DNA of 64,000 bases from Macrostomum lignano (taxonomy: Eukaryota): contig NIVC01000288.1 in NCBI GenBank assembly GCA_002269645.1, forward strand, positions 1-64,000. Reading direction: 5' to 3'. The position numbers and the translations under genes are program-made. Positions 1 through 12,683 of this stretch are shown here, piece by piece. How positions within the stretch are numbered: position 1 is the stretch's first letter; the number at the start of each line of letters is the position of its first letter. The notes beneath the pieces are model-generated. The model was not told where the DNA came from, searched no databases, and saw only the letters and a list, made by a program, of their open reading frames with translations.

Positions 1-287
1 CCCTGGGTTTGTTCCACGAGCAGAGCAGGTCCGACGCCGCGATAAGCTTCGTTACGTCCACTGGGGTAACATCAACAACAAGCAGTGCCACCAACTTCTA
101 CAAGCAGGGCTCCCTGCCGTCCGGATTCCCGGCTTACGTAACCCTACGTGTCTGTCATGCACTACGCACTACGGCCTTCACGTGCAACGGCAGCAAGACC
201 CTCACCACCCGCAGCGGTGGCAACGTTGGTGGCAGCTCCCTTACCAACCTTGATGTTGCTAAGATCCGCGCTCTCTACAGGTGCTAA
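1..287 (+). pseudogene. 3' fragment of an astacin metalloprotease paralogue with compensating frameshifts (pseudogene or consensus errors)
   Basis: Nucleotide sequence aligns to 6027-6308. It reads (L)GLFHEQSRSD...NFYKQGSLPSGFPAY...FTCNGSKTLTTRSGGNVGGSSLTNLDVAKIRALYRC*. Two short segments, one containing the SVMHY Met-turn, are out of frame. AATAAA at 329-334. Confidence 0.85.
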
Positions 288-474
288 GTCGCTAACTTTA
301 AAATGTGACATTTTAATTTAGAAAAGAAAATAAATCGAACATCTTTAGGCCAAAAAAACTCTTGTAATTTTTTGCGTTTGCCTTTTTGTCTTGAACTGCC
401 ACCAGGACAGTCGAATACTACTTGTACAGTAGTATAGTGCTTATGAATCTAGTTTGTAAGAATCTGCTGCAGTA

Positions 475-785
475 GGGTTGTAGCCTAGTGATTAAAGCGT
501 CAGACTCACGACTTTCGGGGTACGGTTCCCCGATCCCACTGGAAGAACTTGTGTCCTTGAGCAAGACACTTAACTCTGCATTGCTTCAGTTCACCCAGCT
601 GTAAATGGGTGCCAGCATTAGCTGGGTTAATTGAGAGTGTGTGTGGCGACCCCCAGTCCTTGGACTGAACAGTCGTACGCAGCCTTCGATGCGCCACGCA
701 ATAGCTGCGGCTGAGCTGTCGGTTGCACATCGGGCCCAATTGGAGCAGATGTAATTAATTATTATTATTATTATTATTATTATTA
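475..785 (+). mobile_element. tRNA-derived SINE, family A (CORE-like central domain), copy 1
   Basis: tRNA-like head (tagcctagtg A box, degenerate B box), central tgtgtccttgagcaagacacttaactctgcattgcttcagttcacccagctgtaaatggg, and (ATT)n tail. Close copies at 14566 and 20368. Confidence 0.85.
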
Positions 786-2149
786 AGCAAACAAACAAGA
801 ATAAACTCCTAGAACAAGTTTTATGCAACAAGTTTCGGGAATAAATGCATTATTTGTGTGCGTATTAACACATCGACTATTGTATGGCCATGTTCGTAGC
901 TGCAGAGGTTGGTTCTAAAGCAAAGTACTCGTAATTTAGTTACTTTACAGCTAAAATACGTAAGTTTTGCGTTGGAACTGTAACTCTGTAAGTACACCTT
1001 GTCTGAAATCAAGTCTTAGACATTTCTTCTTCTTTACTAAGTTACCCGTTTCTTTTCTAATTAATCATTTAGATGGTAAAATTCAGTACATCGTTCATTA
1101 CTTCATGGATGGCTAGTCGCCTTTGCAGTCTAAAAACAAAAGATTCCTGAAGTTGTTTTCCAACTAGGCTTGAGTCATGAGGTTGCATGTATAATATACA
1201 TGTATAATATGTATAATGTACTATATCTTTTGCAGTAAGGTTCTTAAAATGTGACTTCTATGACATAATTTTTGGTATGTAGTGCGATTACAATTTGATG
1301 TTGAAGTACAAATAACTTACGGAACTGTAGTGAAAAAGGTGCGAGAATTTTTTAGCCTCTGTCAAGAGTTGTTCCTAACCATCTTGGCCAGGCCATGTGG
1401 TCAGTACAGTGTAAAAGACAGGTTGTCGCTTTTGTGGTAACTTGTCGATATAAAAGCCGCGACAGAATTTTAATTAGAAATCGGATATTAGTTTCTTATC
1501 TTGACGAAATTGGTGAGCGCTCTTCACCAGCGCCCATGCTCGTTGCTCGTTGGCGTTTCTAGGAAATGAAAGTATTTGTGTCTTTTAGTCTTCCGACAGG
1601 TTCTGCCACAATTTCTATATTACCGAGATGTATCACTCCAGCATTTGCTAATGTAATTAGTAGCCGTCTCCAAGCTCCAAAAACCCTGGGGGGGGGGGGT
1701 TGGGCCACAGACACTATAGCTACTGCTGCTGCTACAAGTAATGCTTGACAGCAGAGGAAGCTACAGTCCATGGTCTTAATCAGGTCTTCGGTATTTTTTT
1801 TAAGTTCGATAATCTGATATATAAAATACGCAGTCCATGCTACTTATAGTAAACAGAGAAAAATAGTTTCATTGTAAAAAGAGTCGAAGCTGTTCTATAG
1901 CTTATGCTTGATCAAACAAACGCACACATACATATACTTTTAAAGATTTGCGAAAAAGCTAGAAGAAGCTAGAAAAAGCGAAGGTCGGAATTGTCAACAC
2001 TTCATTAAAATTAAAATTTTAGTCAGTTTATTAGGCCTATGAAAACAAGTTAGAAACTCCACGTTTGGCCTAGCAAGCTTCAGCCAAGCAGGAAAGTTTT
2101 TTGTTTTGCGCAGCGTTTGCGTTTTACAAGCTGTTGAATCCTACTGGTG

Positions 2150-3053
2150 CTTGATTGGTGGCACAAGCTCCCGCCCGCGAAGCCTCCGGCCCTCGGGTCC
2201 TTTGAAACTTCACAATAGCAGTCCGGCTGGCTCAAGGCTTGTGTCTCTTTTCAGCTCTCTCCTCTCTAATAACTTCTTTTTTTTCTCTTCTCTCCCTCCT
2301 CTCCTGGGGGGGGGTTTCACAAACTCGAAATTTCACAAGGTCGAAACTTCACAAGGTCGAAATTTCACAACATCGAAAACTTTAGCAAGAGACTTCATAA
2401 AGTCGAAACTTCACAAGGTCGAAATTTCAGAACATCGAAAACTCAAATAGCAGCCACTTTCACAAGGTCGAAACTTCACAAGGTCGAAATTTCAGAACAT
2501 CGAAAACTCAAATAGCAGCCACTTTCACAAGGTCGAAACTTCACAAGGTCGAAATTTCACAACATCGAAAACTTTAGCAAGGGACTTCATAAGGTCGAAA
2601 TTTCACAAGGTCGAAATTTCACAACGTAGAAAACTATTGTATAGCTATTGTTATATTAAATTTTCGACGTTGTGATATTTCGAGCTTATGAAGTTTTGAC
2701 CTTGTGAAAGTGGATGCTATTTGAGTTTTCGATGTTGTGAAATTTCGATCTTGTGAAATTTCGACCTTGTGAAAGCACCCCCTCTCCTCTCCTCTCTTCT
2801 CCTATCCTCTCCCTACTCTTCCTTATCTCCTCTTCCTCCTCTCCATTCTCTCCTCTCCTTTCCCTTCTCTCCTCTGCTCTCTCCTGTTTCGTCTCTTCCC
2901 TCTTCTCCTTTATTCCCTCGCCTATGCTTCCTTCTACATCTCTTCTATCTTCTCTATTCCCTCTGAGCATCTCCCCTCTCCCCTCCGCTCGCCTGCAGTG
3001 ATGCTCCGAATTCTTTGTCTGGCCCTTGAGGTAAGAAAGTCTGCCGAACCCTG
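2150..3053 (+). mobile_element. hAT-type MITE carrying a CT-rich/(CTCCT)n tract, interrupted by a foldback element
   Basis: Shares ccggccctcgggtcctttgaaacttcacaatagca and the ctggcccttgag...aaagtctgccgaaccctg right end with copies at 44321, 53977 and 60741. Left end is degenerate, so the start is approximate. Confidence 0.6.
2306..2781. mobile_element. Foldback-type non-autonomous DNA element with arms built of 16-bp subrepeats
   Basis: Left arm gggggggggtttcacaa with (gaaatttcacaaggtc)n. Right arm is the inverse, ending ttgtgaaagcacccc. Short AT-rich spacer. Inserted in a CT microsatellite, so the TSD is ambiguous (about ctctcct). Confidence 0.8.
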
Positions 3054-3117
3054 TTATAAACAAACTTACCAATCTTGCCTGATGAATTGTCAATAATATG
3101 GCAATACCTCAAAACAA

Positions 3118-3200
3118 TCCATATACTAAAAATGGTTTGTCTGTGTGTGTATATCTATGTGATCGATTAGAGAAAGAACGACTCAACCGATTTTTTGTTT
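3118..3200 (+). mobile_element. 5' terminal fragment of the non-autonomous Helitron family seen at 30455 and 35636
   Basis: a|tccatatactaaaaatggtttgtctgtgtgtgt...ctcaaccgatttt matches the 5' ends at 30455 and 35636. Confidence 0.7.
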
Positions 3201-4229
3201 TTGTTTTTTGTTTGCAGATTGCAAATCGAAGGCATGCATGTATGGATGAAGGAATACTTCCTTCCTTCGGCCATCCTTCATTCATGAATGCACGTCACTT
3301 CTAAATTCTCCAAATTAGCCCAGGAAGGTGTTTCACAAATCGAATCACTTTTAACTTCCATAACTTCCATGCCAGCTGAGAGTGAGCTTTCTGGGTGGGG
3401 ATACGGTTTGGAGTAGGATTGGCCAAAGACAAACCACCGTATGGAAGAAGTTTTAAGTTACTTTGAGCATAAATGAGGGGTTCAACCATCGATAGAACTG
3501 ATAAATACGAGCGATATCAAATATCCATTGGATTAGATGCTGTACGAGTTAGGACAACTCGACGTTATGTGTCCCATAGTTGAGACCGACATTATGGGGT
3601 TTTACTCTTAGTTGAATCGTTTCTCTCTTTGAGTCGCGCCTAACTTGGATCCCAGCCAGAATTTTGTGAAACACCTAAATCCTAACCTCGGGCCTAAGTT
3701 GGAACCTAGGAGCGTAGATTGCACCTAAATTTAGCTTTTCTGATGGCAGTGTAAAAGAAGACTCACGTGCGTGCAATGGACAGCAGAGCTGATGCTAAAA
3801 CGATAAGAATAACCTTAACTGAGAGCATCCTCCGTCGTCTCATGATGCGGATTTCAGTACCAAATTTTGCCGCAGAATTCCGCAAGAAGCATCGTGAAAA
3901 AACCGCATCTGGATGATGAAGCGAGTTAAGATTGATCTTAGACGGATGTAAAAAATAATAGACTACGAGCTGTATTTAGGTGTAACTACGCTCAAGGTTT
4001 TGAAACTCTTACCTTGATATCCTGCTTTGGTTCGATCAGTAAAGGTTGCGTCTTTATTGCAGGATATTGCAACTGCGAGGATTTCTAGGCTGCGCTGACC
4101 CAACAGCAGATCCTGGTTGCTGTCTTGGGCTTCTGGAAGGTCGCGGACTCTGATTGTTTACCATCGATGATTTTTCGCCATGCTGGATAACAACAACAAA
4201 ATACATTGTCAGCCAGTCAGGCGTAGGAA

Positions 4230-4810
4230 AATGTCACAGCGCGGGTTTCAAGGCCCGGGTGCGTACGTAGGCTGCACCGCCGGCAGTGTCCGAGACGCCG
4301 GCATCAGCCAGCAGGCAGTCAACGAAACGCCGAGTGCTTACCGACGGCGAGCTGCAGGTAGGGGGCCTGCAGCGTCAGGAGCAGCACCTCCTGCACCGAC
4401 TGTGGGCAGTACGACTCGGCTCGGATAATATGGCCTGCCAGCTGGAGTCGCCGAGGGCGCAGGGACGGAACAGGCCGGTGCGGTGACTCGCTCGTAGCCC
4501 ATCTTGAAGGCGGCGCGCAGCAGGCCAGCGTGTGCCACATCGACCTGCTGTTCGAGCGATTCTGTCAGCGTCCAGGTCTCGTCGTTGTGCAACCGGACGG
4601 TCTCGATCACCGCCTGGAACAACGCCGCCCTATTAGCGGTTAGACAGGGCCTCGGACTGCAGGACTGACCTCACGGAACGGAAGGCAGCTCAGGCAAGTC
4701 CACGGCGACGTCACAGATCCTCGCGAACGTCAGGCACCAGACCACCGAGGTAGACAAACAGCTGACAGAGACTGCGTCACGAAGAAACGTCTTTTAAGAC
4801 CTCCGCCCTG
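4230..4810 (-). mobile_element. Degenerate 3' fragment of an RTE-clade non-LTR retrotransposon (end of RT and C-terminal region)
   Basis: Minus strand reads FVYLGGLVPDVREDL*RRRGLA*AAFRSVR...AALFQAVIETVRLHNDETWTLTESLEQQVDVAHAGLLRAAF, then after a frameshift RRLQLAGHIIRAESYCPQ. Typical RTE post-RT motifs, with stop codons. Confidence 0.85.
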
Positions 4811-5483
4811 CCTTTCAAGTTCTGATTGACGCCTAAAAAATGACGGGTCGAACGGGGCACTTGTAAAACCGCAATCTTATCAAAGCGAAACTTCAAATGC
4901 GAGCAAAACTTTTAGGATATAAAATAGTAACTTCTGCGTTTATAAGCACAATAAACGTAAAAGCCCGTCGTAAGGCAAAAAATAGGACATATTAGATAGA
5001 TGATAGATCCACAATAAACGCAAAAACTTTACCTGAAGTTGCAAGAAAAATCATATTTCTCGTAACAGTTCATAACGATAACTTGCATAAAAAAGTCGCA
5101 AAAATTCTACAAAGACAGATACGAGCTGAATAAGACAGAAACATGACCGATAAAACTCAATCTGTGCTAAAAGAATTCGTCACTCATTCCGACCTCAGCA
5201 TTACCCGAAATACTGAAAAAGTCACGAACCGATTCCACGTTCGAACGCGAATAAAAAAATCGAAAATAAGCTAAAACCAGGTAATTGGGTGTCGGAATTC
5301 GGCAGAGATCTCTGATACTAAGTTGAAAATGCTGCTTCGCTATCTGCAAAACCGCTTTGGTCAGCCCAGACCATGTCGCAAGTTCCCACGACGATAATAA
5401 ATTTCAAAATCTATATGAAGGCTCCGACTCAAGCTGCTTGAAGTTGGTAACTCGAAGTCCAAAAAGAAACAGCAAGCCAAAAA

Positions 5484-5552
5484 ATGTTTCGCGTCGTCTT
5501 GTTCAGCTGTCTGGTGGCGTTCGCCTACGCCCAATGTGGCTGCTCGCCTTCG
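5484..5552 (+). CDS. Astacin metalloprotease exon 1 (signal peptide MFRVVLFSCLVAFAYA-QCGCSPS)
   Basis: ATG at 5484 in aaaATG context, hydrophobic leader with an A-Y-A cleavage site, donor cg|gtaaga at 5553. Phase-0 93-nt intron to tttag|5646. Confidence 0.85.
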
Positions 5553-5645
5553 GTAAGAGAAATTTTATTTTGCAAATTTTAATAACAACTTTAAGAAACC
5601 ATAGAAACTTATTTGTATTCAGCGACTCTGAAATTTCTCCTTTAG

Positions 5646-6308
5646 ATGATCAGCGACGAGAACGGTCTGCCCAAGGCTGACCCCGAGACCGGTCTCTACG
5701 AAGGCGACATGCGGCTCACCAGCAACAACTTCCTCGAACTGCTGGGCCTGAGGAACACCGTCAGAAACCTGTGGACCACTAAGATCGTGCCCTACACCGT
5801 CGTCTCTGGCAATCCGAGCGCCGTCGACAGCGCTCTGGCCTCTCTGCAGTCTCGTCTTAGCAACTGCATCCGCTTCAAGAGGCGTGGCAGCGAAAGGGAC
5901 TACATCGAGGTGTTCAGCGGCTCCGGCTGCTGGTCTTACGTCGGCAGGACTGGTGGCAAGCAGCAGATGTCCCTGCAGTCAAATGGTTGCTACTCCGTCG
6001 GAACCATCCAGCACGAGTTCATCCACGCCATTGGTTTGTTCCACGAGCAGAGCAGGTCCGACCGTGACAGATACGTTACCGTCCACTGGGGTAACATCAA
6101 CAACAAGCAGTGCCACAACTTCTATAAGCAGGGCTCCCTGCCGTCCGGATTCCCGGCTTACGATTACAAGTCAGTTATGCACTACAGCAGTGGCGCTTTC
6201 TCCTGCAATGGCCGCAGCACTCTCACCACCCGCAGCGGTGGCAGCGTTGGTGGCAGCTCCCTTACCAGCCTGGACGTCGCCAAGATCCGCGCCCTCTACA
6301 GGTGCTAG
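5646..6308 (+). CDS. Astacin (M12A) zinc metalloprotease exon 2: propeptide plus catalytic domain; 243 aa in total
   Basis: Pro-peptide YEGDM Asp-switch, zinc motif HEFIHAIGLFHEQSRSDRD, Met-turn SVMHY, ends LYRC*. AATAAA at 6375-6380. Confidence 0.97.
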   Translation: MISDENGLPKADPETGLYEGDMRLTSNNFLELLGLRNTVRNLWTTKIVPYTVVSGNPSAVDSALASLQSRLSNCIRFKRRGSERDYIEVFSGSGCWSYVGRTGGKQQMSLQSNGCYSVGTIQHEFIHAIGLFHEQSRSDRDRYVTVHWGNINNKQCHNFYKQGSLPSGFPAYDYKSVMHYSSGAFSCNGRSTLTTRSGGSVGGSSLTSLDVAKIRALYRC

Positions 6309-9300
6309 ATATGCTGTTTGAAACCTGTGTTGTTGCTCTCTAAATGCGCTTCTGGTGACTGATAGAAAATGTGAAATAAAATACTTTTAGAGTTCCTAAC
6401 AATTATTCTCTAAGGCGTTTGTTTCTTTATTTCATTTTTGGATACATGCATTGGGTATTGGGGCCAACATTCTGAGCCAACATTCTGAGATATACATGCA
6501 GTGTAATGTTGTTGCGTCATTCGACGTCCCTCTCTCTCCTTTTCTCTCTCTCCTCCTCGCTCTAGTGAGAATGTGGGTCAAACTGGGGTTTAGGGACATA
6601 AGCCTCACCTTGGCCTGGCCTACGCTCTGCACACTCCCCTCCCAATTCGCGCTTGCGCCCTACCCCAGTTTTCTTCTCTGCCCTGAGCCCTTCCCCTTCG
6701 GCGGCTTGTGATTGGCTGGCTGGTGGAGTGGTGGTGTTGTAGCTGCCCCTCTTCCCCTCAAACCCTCCTAAAATTCATGTTTTTCCATCACGCTCCATTT
6801 ATCTTGCCCTAGTGTGACTTACAAAAGCAGTGCAGTAAACCCAATTAAATACGTTGAAGTGGCTAGTAGACCGCAGGCAGTTGCGCACTTCTGTGGCGAC
6901 CAAATTTCTGTCTGGGAGTCCTCTCTCTCCTCGGTGCGCCGCGCGTGGAACAGCTGGGAACTCTAACAGCAGAAAGACTCCGTTGCCATTTGAGTTTTTT
7001 CGCCAGCTCGGGCTCTGGGCACAGCTGTGATCTCTCACAGCATGAGACCTTGGGGGCGACCTGGGCTGTTCACGGACTACTAATAGTGCAGTACAATTTT
7101 AGTGTAGGAAATCGCGCACACCCTATCCATTCCACATCTATACAGCAAAATGCAAAAAGCCTGAAAAAGAATCGAATGGGACAAATCCAGTATTGTCGTC
7201 CGCACAATAGAGGATGCTTTTTTCATTTTTTCTCTCTCGCCGCATATCTCCGTTTCGCGCGAATCAATGATCGCAGAGGAAACGGTAAGGAATTCCCATA
7301 AGAAGCTAAATGCTTGTCGCGGCAAAGGCATGACTTTATTTCTCCGTCCGCTTTGGGTGCGGCTATGCGGGCTCAAGTTGCTTGCTTCCTTGTAGATGAG
7401 GATTTAGGGATCAGTCGCTAAACCCGACAAAGGAGGTTCGGGGGGGGGGGCGGACTGTGCACACCGGATCTCGCTGCAAGACAACCGATTGCTTTCATCT
7501 GCTCAGCAAAAAATGCTTCTGTTGTCATGCAATCCGTGTGTTGTTCATAAGCACCAGTATAAACAATATAATATAGGCTTAGCCATTCTTCTTAGCTAAA
7601 AGAAGGCCTCACTATTGTGTGTGGGTGGGTGGAAGAACAGTCAGGTTCAGTGCTTACTTAGAATAAGCAAAGGTAACAAAATAATCAAATTTCATCAATA
7701 CTTGTGAAACGACAAATTATTGCAATCGCACTTTTTTCAGTATGTCAGCTTTTTGCATCAACTGGAGAGCTTATAGCACAAGGAGCTATTTTTCGGTTCG
7801 GGTACCCAGAGTATTCTTAACCAATGAAGCCTTAAAATGTATGTCGATAAACCTCTCATCGTGTCACGCAATTTAGCTGTTCAATTTCTTGTAATGTTTT
7901 CTTTTGAGCTCGAATATTTATTTACAGATGTCGAACTCACAGCTATCTTAGTCCTGAGCAGCAAAGCTCAAAGGCTCGTATTTCTTGACCTGGCATGATA
8001 GAGCAATGTCTCATCTACAGGTTAGTTTTGTTTCTATGCGTTAGCCCCGCGTATCCAATCATAGAGTGACTTTATAGCTTCCATTCAGGCAGAAGCCCCC
8101 CTCATATGTATGCATCCAGCAAGATTATATAGGTCAGGAACGCTAGAACAATTTCTCGACCCTCAAACCACCCACCCAATCGTGAGATTCCCTACGTCCC
8201 AAGCTCCTCGCTCAACCGTTCCATGACCAACCGGCACGCAGTTAGGTTACAGACTTTTTTGACATTAGCCAAATACGTGTAACTGTGGTGCACCAGAGGC
8301 GCTGGCAGTATACATACACTTCTAAAAAGTTCACTTCTCAACACTTTTTAAAAAAATCGATTTTTTTACAATAAGTTTTAGAATGAAAAACTTTATTTTG
8401 ATACGCGTGATTGCTGCCTTATTTGCAGTTGGTAAGTAAACTTCACGCACTTAATGGTTTATGTTGTTTATTTTTTAAATACGTACTTGAAAGTTCACGT
8501 AGAGTTCTGTAGGCAGCTTGCAGTCGATCGTGTTGCTTCAGTGTTATCATGAGCCGTAGGTTGGGAAGCAGAAAGATATAATACGGTAGTTACGTGTACT
8601 CTTACGAGCGATGCGTGCAAATGAGCGACATGGTTATCTCTTTGATTGGAAGAGCAGGAAGAGGTCTATCCTGACTCTCTGTCACCATCTAGTCTAAACT
8701 ATAACGAAGCAGTTGTTACAAAAAAGGCCCTTCTCAACCTCAGAGCAAGTCTAATCTGTTAAGTGGACTGAAAATCAATGAGACGAGGACAAGACTAAAA
8801 AAGGACATTCAAGCTAGACATCCTGTCGCTTCATCAATGCATTGAAGATGAAAAGTAATTTATGAGAGAGGTTAGAAGGACCTCTGTGCCAACAGATATG
8901 ACCAAATTAGTTCTATAATAATATCCAAAGCAGGCTCACTAATCCAATTTGGCTATCTGCCTCTCCGTTCCTGATTCCCACCGTATTTGCTAACGACATG
9001 GCGTAGTTTCCGTCGTCTCATCTTGTAATAATTTGACCCCAGCCGTAAGAGAAGCATTGGCAAACAGAGTTGCAGGCTGAAGCACTTCTTTCTGACTTCT
9101 AACTTGGCTTGGCATTCATTTACTTTTGTTATACTTGGTTCTTATCAGCAAATCAATCACTCCATCATCTATTTATGGTTATTAGCAAACAATATTTTAC
9201 CGATTTGCCCAATTCTTTCCCAAACTGCAACTCCCTAACAGTAAGTGCAATATCTGACACTGCAAATGTCCTGCATGTGAGGTTCAGGTGGGGAGTGTTA

Positions 9301-11424
9301 GTCGATAAAACCTGTGCTTTAGCAGATGCTATTAGTCTTGGCTAGTACAGATTTATACAATTGGGCTTTACTCGTAAGTAACATCTGTCTTCAGGGCCAT
9401 CATCGACTGGCTTTCTGCTAATTTTATGCTTAATTTGACTGCTAGAAATACCATATCTGTACGAGATATGCGTTTGAAGGCTAACTGATGGCTTCTAGTT
9501 TCGAGTAGCTTCTCAAAATAGCATAACGATTCCGTGACTGCTAGATATAAGCTCTGCTACATTAGCCGAAGACTGCGGACACGCGAATGCGGCAGAAATT
9601 AAGCTTAAGCCGAAAAATTAACACTGGAATATTGAGAGGCCTTCCAACTTCCAACTCTTGGCAATTAGGATTGAGCATTGAAAGTTTGACAGCAGGAGCT
9701 CTGCCGTACTCAGGGACACTTCATCTTCAGAATCCGTGCTTGAGAGGTCATGGCCCGTCGCATTCGTCGACATGTTAGTTGTAGTCGCTTCGCAATCAGC
9801 AACTGCAGACATCGTTAAATCGTTAGCTGCTTAGTTTAGCTACTTCAACATTTCTTCGCTAGATCTGCTGACTAATCAGAGTAAAATATTAGGCGGCGAG
9901 AAATATACATGGAAGGTCAAAATCCTTTTTTTTCAAAACAATAGCAGCAGAAAGCAGTATAACTGGGGATGTAATTGGCAGTGAAAGAGCAGGTATCACT
10001 TAAGGATAGAACATGAACGTTTTCAAAGGAAATAGCAGGAGCTGTATAAAGCTTAGCTGCTACATGATTTTTACCATTTTGTCTTAGGCTTGAGCCATGT
10101 GAAAGCACAAGAGAGCTTGTTGGTTGTCTAAAAAGCACAATAGATCTATCAGAGTTCGAACTCAGAGCCGAAAGCATGTCGGAATCACATGACTGGAAGA
10201 GTGCACCATCTCACACACAAGCGGCAGGCTAAATGTAATGCCTCCAAAATACCAGACGAATGGGAAAGGCAGATGCTCCCTGCTCTTATTCCCTTCTATG
10301 AAAATACTCTGCAGGATTGGGGCTGCCCTGATCTCGCAAAAGCAATTGGCTTGATTGAATCAGCTGATTTTGTGTCGGCCAACTCCCGGGAGGGCAGCTG
10401 GAAAAAAATAGATGGCCCTGTAGTGGCCGCGGGGAAATCTGCGCGGGCTGGTTCTCCTCACAGACGGCTTTACTTTTTGATTTGGGCAGGGTGCAATCTG
10501 TTTAAAGTGTGCTCACTCTAAAATGCGGTATCCTTGCCGGAGTCGCACTCGCACGCTCGTACATTTGAACTGATAAATCCTACTCATATGCTCGTTATAT
10601 TTGCATATATTGCAGTCGTGCTATAAAATTTGAATTAGTTCCATATGACTTGAAAACATAGTAAACTGCAAAAAATCCTTTCAAAATAATATGCTTCTAA
10701 ACGCACTACTTTTGTCAGTAGAACTAATTGGGAGTCAAGAAATTTATTGCCGCGGATGCGCTCTCACGAATTCTTTTATCAGCGCCTGAACAGTGCTTTA
10801 TCCCTAAGCACTTAGTAGAAGTGCTTTATCTCTCTAAGTACTTAATAAGCCGGCCCTAAGCTTCAAAAGCCTTAAATTTCTAATTGTATGCCCGAATTTT
10901 GCAGCTTCGCTAAGCTCCCAAACCCCAATTTCATCTCATGTTATCTCGCTGATTGCTCTCAAGGCCTGTCAATACAGTTTAATGGTGGCGACGCTCGTAC
11001 TGACCAATTTACAATTAAAACAATTTTTGGTTTTAGTAATACCGACTAAATATAGCATTTACTTTGAAGTTGATCCTAGGAGCTTTTAATTTAATCATAG
11101 ATACGAAATTCAAGCCTAAAAGTGGACAGAAACTTATGGGCTTGTGTGCTTATGGGTTTTGGCCATAGACAAAAGTTTTTTTCGATTTTCATTAGCTTTA
11201 ATTTCCTATCTATAATTAAATTAAAAGCTCCTAGAATCAACTTGAGTGGAAAATTCGGCAATGTCTGTATAAGATATTCTATGGGTTTGAGGTCGGTATG
11301 TGATTAAGTGAAATACCGACCGTTAAACCACTTTAAAGCTCACTTTTCAGGGAGGTTAATGACATAGATTTTATTTTGCGGGATTTAATCGATCACTTTC
11401 CCGGACATATTGCAAGGATTATTG

Positions 11425-11960
11425 TATGTATCTAAATAAACGAGCTTCTCTCTTCTCTTCTTTCGTGACTCGAGAAATTTCTTAATGAAATTTTGTCTAT
11501 GGTAAGAATGTGGGGGCTTCGTCCCCACACCCCCAGCAGGGGCTTCGCCCCCACACCCCCATCCTCAACTTCAACCATAGACATACAAGGATGGCTCCGG
11601 GATTTATCTGAATACATCCCGCTAAATTAAAGTAGTTTAAATAAGATATTCTATGTGTTTTTCGGTCGGTATTTCACTTAAATCCCTCGAGCCTTCAGCT
11701 CTCGGGATTTAATCACATACCGACCTCAAACCCATAGAATATCTTATACAAAAACCCATAGAATATCTTATTTAAACTACTTTAATTTTGCGGGATGTAT
11801 TCAGATAAATCCCGGAGCCATACTTGTATGTCTATGGTTGAAGTTGGGGATGGGGGTGTGGGGGCGAAGCCCCCACATTCTTACCATAGACAAAATTTCA
11901 TGAAGAAATTTCTGAGTCACGAAGGAAGAGAAGAGAGAAGCTCAATTATTTAGCTACATA
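11425..11960. repeat. Long imperfect palindrome (about 230-bp arms) with a central TTAA-flanked hairpin
   Basis: 11425-11655 is the reverse complement of about 11745-11960. Centre is cggtcggtatttcac-ttaa-atccctcgagccttcagctctcgggat-ttaa-tcacataccgacc. Confidence 0.85.
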
Positions 11961-12193
11961 CATTAACCTACAGAAAGTGCATTTCTCGCCTCTTTCGCAG
12001 TCTCATCCTTTTCCCGAGGAACAACAACTTCTATGGTAATTTATCGGTTGTAGGAGGACTGAGAACCATTTCTCAGTCCCCAAACGAGGCCTAAGAAATA
12101 GTTCTCAGTCCTGCTATAAACAGTTGTATTTAACAAATGTAAACCAACAACAGGAAGTTCAAATAGTAAGATTTAGAAGCGTCTTGTAAGCAC

Positions 12194-12683
12194 TCACTCG
12201 AAAACGATTTCAACGGTGTTGGTGTTACCATTGATGTTAAGCCTCATTTTCCTTGCAGGATTAGCAGTCACTACGTTACTTTGTTCCATAGCTTCAACAG
12301 AGCGTTCAGGCTCGGTGTCAATAGACAGACTTGATGACTGACCACCAGATTGAAGAGCATGCGATACTTTAACATGATCTTGTACGTCAAACTGAATATA
12401 GCGCTCAATAGCTGTCGAAGAGTGTCCTGTAACACGAGCGATGTCCTCTCTAGCAAAGCCAGCACGGTGTAGAGTACTTGCGTCGCTGCTCAAACCACTG
12501 GTCAAAAATTCTTACAGCCCATAGTTCCTTCCTTCGCGTATTTGGTGGGATAGCAGCGTCCAGCTTCCCTTGTATTTCGTCAGTCGAGAGCGTAGCGAAT
12601 CGATCACTACCAGCAGCAGGATTCGTTGCAGCGGATTCTTTACTTTCAAAATATCGTAGCACTAGATCTAAGTCGTCTTCTAT
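12194..12683 (-). pseudogene. Internally deleted tyrosine recombinase (Crypton/DUF3504-type)
   Basis: N-terminal RFATLSTDEIQGKLDAAIPPNTRRKELWAVRIFDQW is joined out of frame at about 12480 to C-terminal ASTLHRAGFAREDIARVTGHSSTAIERY (catalytic H and Y region). The central catalytic R and HxxR are missing. The probable start codon is now ATA at 12683. Confidence 0.8.

Noticed and set aside
8750-10180. Fragmentary ORFs with a CKCPAC motif, possibly a transposon relic
   Set aside because: Many stops, no identifiable family motif or termini.
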